Shown piece after piece: positions 42,187-50,243 of a stretch of DNA of 51,806 nucleotides (its first letter is position 1; each line of letters opens with the position of its first letter). Source of the stretch: an uncultured Pseudomonadota bacterium. GTDB taxonomy: Bacteria > Pseudomonadota > Gammaproteobacteria > Steroidobacterales > Steroidobacteraceae. Under the pieces are notes generated by a model that saw only the letters and a program-made list of their open reading frames with translations, was not told where the DNA came from and did not search any database. The position numbers and the translations under genes are program-made. The stretch is taken from NCBI GenBank assembly GCA_903908825.1, contig CAIVTJ010000045.1:1-51806 (forward strand). The letters run 5' to 3'.

Positions 42187-44766
42187 TTAGAAGTTCTTCT
42201 TCACCGTCAGGGCCCACTCACGCGGACGCCCTGCAGTGCCTACGCGCGCATAAGTCGGGTAGCCGTCGAGGGCCCCGCCGCGGATGGTCTCGCTGCCCAA
42301 CTGCTGCCAATAGAACTTATCGAACAGGTTATTGGCCGACAGCGCCACCTGCCAACTGCCGCCGGCCGGCTCAAAGGTCAGGCGTGCGTTGACCAAGCCA
42401 TACGACGGCACGATGTCCTGCGGATCACGCTGCGGCAACGCTGCGTTACCGTTGGTGCGATAGCCCTGATAGCTGTAATCGACGCGCGGCGTCAGCTTGG
42501 CGCCACTCTCGAACAGCACCTGATACTGGGCACCGACACTGCCGTTGATCTTGGGCTGGATCAACGCTGACGAGTCACGATAGCTGAGGGTTCCCGGTGC
42601 CGCGTCACCACTAAAGGTGATGTAGCCGAAGGACGCGTTGAGCATCAACCCCTGCATCGGGAAGGCCGTGATTTCGGTTTCGAAACCACGCGTCTTACCA
42701 GGCTCGTTCAAGTACAGGAACCAGCTGGTACCGGCCAGACCGGCCCGCTCAGTGCCTGCCGGGCATGGCGCGCCGTTGAGGAAGTAGGGCTGGCCCGGGT
42801 CCGGGTTGGAACTGAGCGTGCACTGACTGGCCGTGCGGTTGACCAAGCGGCTCTTCCAGTCCATGTAGAACAAGGCTGAATTGATGCGTAGCTTTTTGTC
42901 GAACAGCTCGACCTTGCCGCCGAACTCATAGTTGATCACTTCCTCACCCGGCAGGCCTTGCACCTGGCCGATGGTGAATACGCGCGGCGTCACACCAGCC
43001 GAGGTAAAGCCGGTGGCCACCGACGTATACAGAAAGATGTTGTCCGTAGCCTGATAGTCCAGACCGACCTTGTAGTCAGGACGGCTGCCGCCGTAGTGCA
43101 GCGGAGATGGCAGCACCACCAGACCGTAGTGACGGAAATCATTGATCTTGCTTTCGTCGGTGTAACGCAAACCACCGGACAGGGCCAGCTTGTCCGTGAA
43201 CTTATAGCTGCCGTGCACAAAGGCCGAGGTGTTCTGCGATGAGAAGGTGTCATCCGCGACGAACTGCAGACCGAAGGTCACGAAGTTGGCGGTGTTATAG
43301 GCACGACTGTTGGACTTGTAATAAAACGCGCCCACGGTCCAGTCGAACTTGTCGGACAACAGCGTGCCGTCGATGCGCGCCTCAGCCTGGTACTGCGAAT
43401 GCTGCTGCAGGTAGTTGGTCTGCGTCAGCTCAAACGGCATCTCGTCGCTATCGTTGATCCAGGTGGTGTTATAGGTGCGATAGGCCGTCAACACGGTCAG
43501 CTTGGTCTTTTCGGCCAGTTCCTGATCCAGAGACAGCGAAGCACCCCAAGCCTTCAGGTGGGTGTAGCGGTCGTAGCTCACACCACTGGTGATGTCACCA
43601 TAGGTCGAGTAGTTGGTGTACGGGTTACCCGTTACGAAACGGTTCTGCGTCTGATAGTTGATACCGTACTTTTTGTAGATGGTCAGCGGATAGCCTGACG
43701 TGGGGACGTCGAGCGGTGCCCAAACCGTGGCTGTGGCACGACCGTCTGCATCACCGCGTGAGCTGAGCAGTGTCTCAACCGGCGGCTCGGACAGCTGGGC
43801 CGAATAGTCCATCGAGAAGTTGATCTCGGTCCCCGAGGCCGGCAGGAACCGCAGCATGGCGCGCACGGCCTGCGACTCTGAACCGCCCAGCGAGCCCAGC
43901 GCGCAGCCGTTGCCCTGACGCGGATCAATGGTCATGGGCATGGCAAACGAATTGTCAGCAGCGCTGCCGGCAGTGACCGGAGTAGGCAGACCACCGACGA
44001 CCGTCGGCGCCGCCAAGCCATCGCCGATACCGGCCAGCGTGGGCGTGCCGCGACGGATCATCTCGCAGGTGAAGTCCAGATTTTTGCCATAGCCGTCCTG
44101 ACGACGTGACACACCGGTCACGCGCGCGAACAGCGTATCGGGCACCAAGGAGAAGTCGGCAACAGCCTTCAGATCAACGCGCTGGCGCGCGCCGTAAGTG
44201 GCTTCGATATAGCCCTTGTCGTCGCCCTGCGGCTTCTTCGAGATCAGACGGATCGCACCGCCCATGCTGTTCTTGCCAAACAAGGTGCCCTGCGGACCGC
44301 GCAGCACCTCGACGCGCTCGAGGTCCATCAGGTCCATGGACGAGCCAGTGAGACTGCCGTGGTACACATCGTCGATATAAATACCCACAGCCGGCTCGAA
44401 GGCATAGTTGAAATCGACTTGGATCAGGCCGCGCAGACCGATGGTGGTGGTAGGGCCGTAGTTGCTGACCGGCTGACGGAAATACGCGTTGGGGATGACG
44501 CTGCCGATATCATCGAGGCTTTTGAAGCTGCGCTGCTCGAGGGCTTCGGCGCTCAGCGCCGTCAGCGTCAGCGGCGTGGACTGCAGGTTTTCTTCTTTGA
44601 AGCGCGCGGTAACCACGATCTCTTGCAGATCGTCGGCGTTGGCCTTGTCAGCAGCTTGGCTGGCTGTGGCAGAAAAGCTCAGCGCAGCGGCAACAGCCAA
44701 GGCGACAGCGCTACGGGCGGCAATACGGCAGTCAGACCGGCGTACCGGCAGTCGGATAGTCTTCAT
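42187..44766 (-). CDS. TonB-dependent receptor
   Basis: Signal peptide, TonB box EIVVTA, plug motif DLERVEVLRGPQGTLFGKN, NNLFDKFY and a C-terminal Phe. Confidence 0.96.
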   Translation of the reverse strand: MKTIRLPVRRSDCRIAARSAVALAVAAALSFSATASQAADKANADDLQEIVVTARFKEENLQSTPLTLTALSAEALEQRSFKSLDDIGSVIPNAYFRQPVSNYGPTTTIGLRGLIQVDFNYAFEPAVGIYIDDVYHGSLTGSSMDLMDLERVEVLRGPQGTLFGKNSMGGAIRLISKKPQGDDKGYIEATYGARQRVDLKAVADFSLVPDTLFARVTGVSRRQDGYGKNLDFTCEMIRRGTPTLAGIGDGLAAPTVVGGLPTPVTAGSAADNSFAMPMTIDPRQGNGCALGSLGGSESQAVRAMLRFLPASGTEINFSMDYSAQLSEPPVETLLSSRGDADGRATATVWAPLDVPTSGYPLTIYKKYGINYQTQNRFVTGNPYTNYSTYGDITSGVSYDRYTHLKAWGASLSLDQELAEKTKLTVLTAYRTYNTTWINDSDEMPFELTQTNYLQQHSQYQAEARIDGTLLSDKFDWTVGAFYYKSNSRAYNTANFVTFGLQFVADDTFSSQNTSAFVHGSYKFTDKLALSGGLRYTDESKINDFRHYGLVVLPSPLHYGGSRPDYKVGLDYQATDNIFLYTSVATGFTSAGVTPRVFTIGQVQGLPGEEVINYEFGGKVELFDKKLRINSALFYMDWKSRLVNRTASQCTLSSNPDPGQPYFLNGAPCPAGTERAGLAGTSWFLYLNEPGKTRGFETEITAFPMQGLMLNASFGYITFSGDAAPGTLSYRDSSALIQPKINGSVGAQYQVLFESGAKLTPRVDYSYQGYRTNGNAALPQRDPQDIVPSYGLVNARLTFEPAGGSWQVALSANNLFDKFYWQQLGSETIRGGALDGYPTYARVGTAGRPREWALTVKKNF

Positions 44767-44913
44767 GTAAATCCCCTCATTCTCGTTGTGCCGGCTTTTG
44801 CCGGTCCATAGGGCGAGTGCATTGCCCGCCTGTGCGTACTTTGCTCTCGCAGCCTGACAGCGGCAAGCCTAGATTTCATTGAAACTGCAACGACTCAGGG
44901 CTGACGCCGCACC

Positions 44914-46998
44914 TCAGGGCTTGTGCGGCACCAGGCGTTGCAAAATATAGGCGCTGATGTCGGCAATCTGCTCCGGCGTGTAGATATCGCGGAACACCGG
45001 CATATTGTTGCGGCCCTGACTTGTGACCAAAGCGATCTGGGCGGTGTCCAGGTTACCGCCCACCAGCGTAGGTCCGCCGCCGTGCCCGCCACTACCGGAT
45101 TCGCCATGGCAGGCCACGCAAGCTGCCTGATACAGCGCCTGACCCTGCTCTGCCACACCAGCCCGTGACGCCACCGCGACCGCAGCAGCGCGCTGGGGCC
45201 CGGCTAAAGATGCGACCGGAACAGGACCGATCTTGCCATCTAGCGCAAACATCCAGATGCCATCGCCGCGTTTGCCATTGGCAAAGGCTCCGCCACCGGC
45301 ATGCACAACCACATATTGCTTGCCCTTGTGCTCAAAGGTCGTGACCGTGGTGTTGACGCCGGCATCGGTCTGGAACTCCCACAGCTTGGCGCCGGTGGTT
45401 TTATCGAGTGCAGTCAGCCGGCCATCGGCACGGCCGACAAACAACAGACCACCGCCCGTGACCACTGCACCGCTGTAGCAGATCTCGCGCCACTGCTGGC
45501 GCCACACCAAGCGATTGGTGCGCACGTCCAGCGCAGCCAGCACGCCACCATCATGAACCTGCGACTGCGTGAAGTTGCCGCCCATGTAAACCTTGTTGGG
45601 CCCGGGTGTTTCCAGCGGCAATCGCACCACGAAATTGCTGATACGATCGGATGCACACACATACAGCAGGTGACTGGACGGGTCATAAGCACTGGGCGGC
45701 CAGTTCGCACCACCCATGGTGCCGGGCTTCATCATCGTCGGCTCGTTCCAGAACGGCGTGAAGATGCGCCCGCCATTAGGAATCTCGCTGCTCCCGGGCA
45801 ACCGCCTCGCGTCCTCGGGGACGATGTCGATCTGCTGCGGCACGATGGCATCGCCCACCGGATAAGGCTGCGTAGCCGCCGTCTGCTGGCGCGGCTCTTG
45901 CGGCACAGGCTTTTCGGTGATGCCCAGCAACGGCTTGCCGGTCACGCGGTCAAGGATGTAGGCCCAACCGGTCTTGCCCACCTGCACCAGGGCTTTGCGC
46001 GTCTTGCCCTTGTAAGGCGCGTCGAATAACACCACCGGGTTGGGTGCGTCATAGTCCCAGATGTCGTGGTGCACTTCCTGAAAGTGCCAGCGGTAGCTGC
46101 CGGTGCGCACATCCAGCGCAACGATGGAATTGGCGAACAGGTTGTCGCCCTTGCGAACACTGCCGTTGAGATCGGGCCCGGGATTGGCCGTCGAGAAATA
46201 GATGAGACCCAACTCAGGGTCTATGGCCGGTGTCTGCCAGATCGACGCGCCGCCGCGTTGCCACGCATCACTGTCGGCAGGCCAGGTCTCGTGACCTTTC
46301 TCTCCCGGACCGGGCACGGTGTAGAACGTCCAAGTCAGCTTGCCGGTCTTGGCATCAAACGCGCGCAGTTTGCCGCGTGTGCCCATCTCGCCACCGTTTA
46401 CACCGGTGATGACCAGGCCATCAAAATACAGCGGAGCTGCCGTGATGGCGTAACCGTCTTCCCAGCGCTCGACCTGTGAGGTCCACACCACTGCGCCGCT
46501 ACGCTGATCCAGCGCCGTCAACTTGGCATCGGCCTGCGTGACAAACACTTTGCCATCGCCCAGAGCCACACCACGATTAGCCCGGCCTATGGGACTACCG
46601 GCATGCAGATCTGGATTGCCGTGGTAGGTCCACAGGATGTTGCCGGTCTCCACCTGCAGGGCGAACACATCGTTGGCGCCATTGCTGACGTAGAGCACCC
46701 CTTCATAGGAGAGGATTTGCGCTTGACCAGCATGACCCGGCGTGGTGCCGCTGTTCATACTGGTGCGCCACAGGGCGCGCAGACCTGCGACGTTATCGCG
46801 GTTCAGTGTCGACAGCGGGGAATAACGCTGGTTGTACAGCGTGCCGCCGTTGGTGATCCAGGCCGTGGTCGGCGGCGCCAGCAACTGGGCGGCAGAGAAT
46901 GCAGGTGCCGATGCTGGCGACTGGGCCAGCGAAGCTGAACTGGCCGTTAGCAGCAAGACCGCAGCCCAATGTGACAGTTGTGACGTCATCCGTGTCAT
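44914..46998 (-). CDS. PQQ-dependent dehydrogenase with a C-terminal cytochrome c domain (quinohemoprotein)
   Basis: Signal peptide, QRYSPL, beta-propeller Trp motifs, HHDIWDYD, GGANW, haem motif CVACH and distal NNMP. Start ATG 46998 after GGGGAAG. Confidence 0.92.
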   Translation of the reverse strand: MTRMTSQLSHWAAVLLLTASSASLAQSPASAPAFSAAQLLAPPTTAWITNGGTLYNQRYSPLSTLNRDNVAGLRALWRTSMNSGTTPGHAGQAQILSYEGVLYVSNGANDVFALQVETGNILWTYHGNPDLHAGSPIGRANRGVALGDGKVFVTQADAKLTALDQRSGAVVWTSQVERWEDGYAITAAPLYFDGLVITGVNGGEMGTRGKLRAFDAKTGKLTWTFYTVPGPGEKGHETWPADSDAWQRGGASIWQTPAIDPELGLIYFSTANPGPDLNGSVRKGDNLFANSIVALDVRTGSYRWHFQEVHHDIWDYDAPNPVVLFDAPYKGKTRKALVQVGKTGWAYILDRVTGKPLLGITEKPVPQEPRQQTAATQPYPVGDAIVPQQIDIVPEDARRLPGSSEIPNGGRIFTPFWNEPTMMKPGTMGGANWPPSAYDPSSHLLYVCASDRISNFVVRLPLETPGPNKVYMGGNFTQSQVHDGGVLAALDVRTNRLVWRQQWREICYSGAVVTGGGLLFVGRADGRLTALDKTTGAKLWEFQTDAGVNTTVTTFEHKGKQYVVVHAGGGAFANGKRGDGIWMFALDGKIGPVPVASLAGPQRAAAVAVASRAGVAEQGQALYQAACVACHGESGSGGHGGGPTLVGGNLDTAQIALVTSQGRNNMPVFRDIYTPEQIADISAYILQRLVPHKP

Positions 46999-47066
46999 GT
47001 CTTCCCCCAGACAATTTCTTATATGCGGCATTATGCGCTTACTCAATTGCCGATAAAGAAGCGCTC

Positions 47067-47477
47067 ATGGCACTGCGTACTCTGGAACACTTTTTGGTGT
47101 TGAGCCATCAGCCCGAAGCAACACGCAATTTTTACCGGGATGCACTAGGCCTGGTCGAAGGTGACAGACCCGATCTGGGCTTTCCTGGCTATTGGCTATA
47201 CCTAGGCTCAGTGGCCTGCATCCACATTGCTGAGTGGCACAGTTACACCGCGCACAGCCAAAGCATCGGCATACCCGTCAGCACACCGGCGGCCGGCACA
47301 GGCGGGCTGGATCATCTGGCTTTTCAGGCCGGCAATTACGAGGCGTTTGTGGCCAACCTGAGCCGCCATGGCATTGCGGCACACCGGCACGACACACCGG
47401 CCATAGGCCTGCGTCAGTTATTTTTGTTTGACCCCAACGGCATCAAGTTGGAGATCAACTTCCAGCAGGGCCACTGA
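47067..47477 (+). CDS. VOC/glyoxalase family protein
   Basis: Motifs LEHF, FYRDALGL, GYWLY, IHI, LDHLAF and QLFLFDPNGIKLEIN. Start ATG 47067. Confidence 0.9.
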   Translation: MALRTLEHFLVLSHQPEATRNFYRDALGLVEGDRPDLGFPGYWLYLGSVACIHIAEWHSYTAHSQSIGIPVSTPAAGTGGLDHLAFQAGNYEAFVANLSRHGIAAHRHDTPAIGLRQLFLFDPNGIKLEINFQQGH

Positions 47478-48897
47478 GTTTGCGCAACAAAGCAGCCGTG
47501 TCAGGGTGGGTTTCAGCGCCCGCCACACCAGCTCGGCCTGTGCCGCCGGCTTTTCCTGAAGCCACATCCAGAGCCGTAGCACCGGACTGATCGCGGATGT
47601 CCAATCGGGCACCGGCTTCGGCCAGATAACTGACAAAGCCATTCCAGCCCCACAGCGCGGCGCCATGCAGCGCAGCCTGACCGTTATCTCTGACGGCATT
47701 GACGTTGGCGCCAGCGGCCTGCAAAAGCTTTGCTGTTTCGATACAACGCGGCTCGCTGCGAAACCGCGCACGGATGTCGATGGTGGTCGAGCCGATACCC
47801 GCTGCCGCCATGAACGGCGTGACGCCCAGTGCATTAGGCAGATCGGGCATCGCCTTGTACTTCAGCAACAGCGCGACCGACTCCAAGTCACCCGCTTTAG
47901 CCGCCCGGAGCAACGGTGTCGTACCCACAGTCAGCAGCGTATCGCCACCGCGATCCTGACCCAACGAGCGATACGGCGGGAACAACTTAAGCTGCATGTT
48001 CGGGTTGGCGCCCTTGTCCAACAACAGGCGCGTGACGTCCAGAGCCGTCGTGGCATCACCGGAAGGGCGGTCCGGACGGCCGCCGCGCGGTGTGGTGTTG
48101 TAATCGACAGCCGAATACAGCGGCGCCCTGCCCCAGGTATCCCAGCGATTGACATCCGCACCGGCCTTGATCAGATAGGCCGCGGTGTCAAAGCGCGCGT
48201 TGAGCACGGCCATAAGCAACGGTGTGATGTTGTCCGGATCGGTCAGATTAATCGAGGCACCACCCTCAACTAGAGCCCGGGCACAAGCGGTGCAGCCTTC
48301 GCGTGCGGCCAGCAACAAAGCGGTGAAGCCACCGTTAGGCCGGTTTTGCGGACGTGGTTCGGCAGATACTTTGCGGGGCCACTCGCGCACCTGCGATCGC
48401 GCATCGGCTTGTGCGCCGGATTTGAGCAGCAACCTCACCATATCCGGATGGCCTTGCGCCGCAGCCCACATCAGCGCGGATTGCCCGCGCCACTGCTCAA
48501 GCGCATTGACCTGCGCGCCGGCAGCCAACAGCAGCTTCGCAGCCTGCACATTGCCGGTACGGGCCACGGTCATCAGCGCCGTTTCACCTTCGGCATTGGC
48601 CGACTCAACGTCAGTACCGGCCTTGAGCAAAGCGCCCATGAGCAGCGCATCGCCACGCTCTGCCGCCTCGGACATCGGCGTTGCGCCATAGTCGTTAACA
48701 GCCCGCGGATCTGCTCCCGCCTTGAGCAACTGTTTAACACGGACCAGATCGCCGTCATGCACCGCCCAATGCAGCGCTGTGGTGCCATCACCGGTGTCGG
48801 CCCGGACACCGTCTGCGGCACTGGCCTGCGCCGGGACAATTGACAGCCCCAGCCAGCAGAATGCCCACAGCGCTACAGCGCAGACCTGCATGTTCAA
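47455..48897 (-). CDS. Secreted ankyrin-repeat protein
   Basis: Signal peptide and about ten G.T(A/P)L..A ankyrin repeats. Confidence 0.92.
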   Translation of the reverse strand: MNMQVCAVALWAFCWLGLSIVPAQASAADGVRADTGDGTTALHWAVHDGDLVRVKQLLKAGADPRAVNDYGATPMSEAAERGDALLMGALLKAGTDVESANAEGETALMTVARTGNVQAAKLLLAAGAQVNALEQWRGQSALMWAAAQGHPDMVRLLLKSGAQADARSQVREWPRKVSAEPRPQNRPNGGFTALLLAAREGCTACARALVEGGASINLTDPDNITPLLMAVLNARFDTAAYLIKAGADVNRWDTWGRAPLYSAVDYNTTPRGGRPDRPSGDATTALDVTRLLLDKGANPNMQLKLFPPYRSLGQDRGGDTLLTVGTTPLLRAAKAGDLESVALLLKYKAMPDLPNALGVTPFMAAAGIGSTTIDIRARFRSEPRCIETAKLLQAAGANVNAVRDNGQAALHGAALWGWNGFVSYLAEAGARLDIRDQSGATALDVASGKAGGTGRAGVAGAETHPDTAALLRKLSGPAGS

Positions 48898-50213
48898 ATA
48901 CCCGAGAACACGCCCGTGCTATCACCCAGCTTATCGACAGGTACGCCGGCACGTGCCAACAGCGAGACATGCAGATTGGCCAGCGGCGTGCGATCGGGAA
49001 CGCGCAAATGGTTGTTACCGCGCAGCGCGCCGGCACCCTTGCCCAACACTGCCGTGGGCAGTGGGAAATGATTGTGCAGGTTGCTGTCGCTCATGTTGCT
49101 GCCGAACAGGATGATCGAGTTATCGAGCATGGTGCCCTCGCCGTCCGGCATCTCGGACATCTTCTTCACGAAACGCGCAAAGGCCAGCGTGTTCCAAGCC
49201 TGCAACTTAGCCAGGCGATCAACCTTCTGCGGGTTATTGGCGTGGTGCGACAGCGGGTGGAAGGCATCGGCGATGCCGATAAAGTTATAGGGCTGGTTGC
49301 TGACTTCGGCAGCCATCATGAAGCTGGCGACGCGCGTCAGGTTGGCCTGAAAAGCCAGCGCCATCAGGTCGAACTGCAACTTGATGTGCTCGTCAAAGTT
49401 AGCAGGGATACCTGAGGGCGCATCCGGCAAGGCCAGCTTGGACGTGTCACGGGTTGAAATCTGCTGCACGCGCCGTTCAATCTCGCGCACGGTCTCCAGA
49501 TAGTCGGACATCAGCGCCTGATCACGCGCGCCCAAGCTGCGCTTGAGATCGGCTGCATCACGGCTGACCAGGTCAAGCAGGCTGGCATCTTCGCGGATCA
49601 GCGCAGCGCGCTCACCGGCCGTATCGCCCTGACCGAACAACTGCTGAAACAGCTTGCGCGGATTGTGCTCCATGGGCAGCGGTGTGGTCGGCGTACGGAA
49701 GGAAACAGTCTTGCCATAGCTGCAACCATAGTTACGATCGCAGGAGCCTTCACCGCCGCGCTCTTCGGTGGCGATTTCCAGTGACGGCAGCGGTGTGTCC
49801 TGCGAGATGTATTTGGCAGCGATCTGATCGATGGTGATGCCGCCCAGCGGATCATGGCTGATGCGCGGCTCGACACAGCTGAGCCAAGTGCCGGGGGTGA
49901 TGGCATGCACAGGCGCGGCGATGGCCGACTTGTTTTCCATGCCACTGATCACCGTCAAGTGCTGCTGAAAGGCCTTGAGCGGCGCCAGTATGGGCGGCAG
50001 ATCAAAGTCGGCACCGTCTTTGGTCGGGGTCCACTTGTCCATGACCGCGCCGTGCGGGAAATAGACAAAAGCCATACGCGCTTTGGCGGCTGCGGCCGTT
50101 TTGGACAGCGCGGTGTGCGCCGGCACCATGGCATCGAGCAGGGGCAGTGCCATGCTGACACCAACGCCTCGTAACACACTGCGACGGGAGAGGTGCTTGC
50201 GGGTGATGAACAT
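48894..50213 (-). CDS. DUF1552 (HxxSHH) family protein with a Tat-like signal
   Basis: Motifs LSRRSVLRG.G...ALPLLDAM, YFPHG, TIDQIAA, FHPLSHH, EGTMLDNS and H.H..LP. Confidence 0.9.
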   Translation of the reverse strand: MFITRKHLSRRSVLRGVGVSMALPLLDAMVPAHTALSKTAAAAKARMAFVYFPHGAVMDKWTPTKDGADFDLPPILAPLKAFQQHLTVISGMENKSAIAAPVHAITPGTWLSCVEPRISHDPLGGITIDQIAAKYISQDTPLPSLEIATEERGGEGSCDRNYGCSYGKTVSFRTPTTPLPMEHNPRKLFQQLFGQGDTAGERAALIREDASLLDLVSRDAADLKRSLGARDQALMSDYLETVREIERRVQQISTRDTSKLALPDAPSGIPANFDEHIKLQFDLMALAFQANLTRVASFMMAAEVSNQPYNFIGIADAFHPLSHHANNPQKVDRLAKLQAWNTLAFARFVKKMSEMPDGEGTMLDNSIILFGSNMSDSNLHNHFPLPTAVLGKGAGALRGNNHLRVPDRTPLANLHVSLLARAGVPVDKLGDSTGVFSGI

Positions 50214-50243
50214 GCGGGAATCCTCGGTCTTGCGGTGCGGCGC

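Noticed and set aside
44767..44913. Cobalamin or TPP riboswitch before the TonB receptor
   Set aside because: The region is too short and has no B12 box or TGAGA/TPP core motif.
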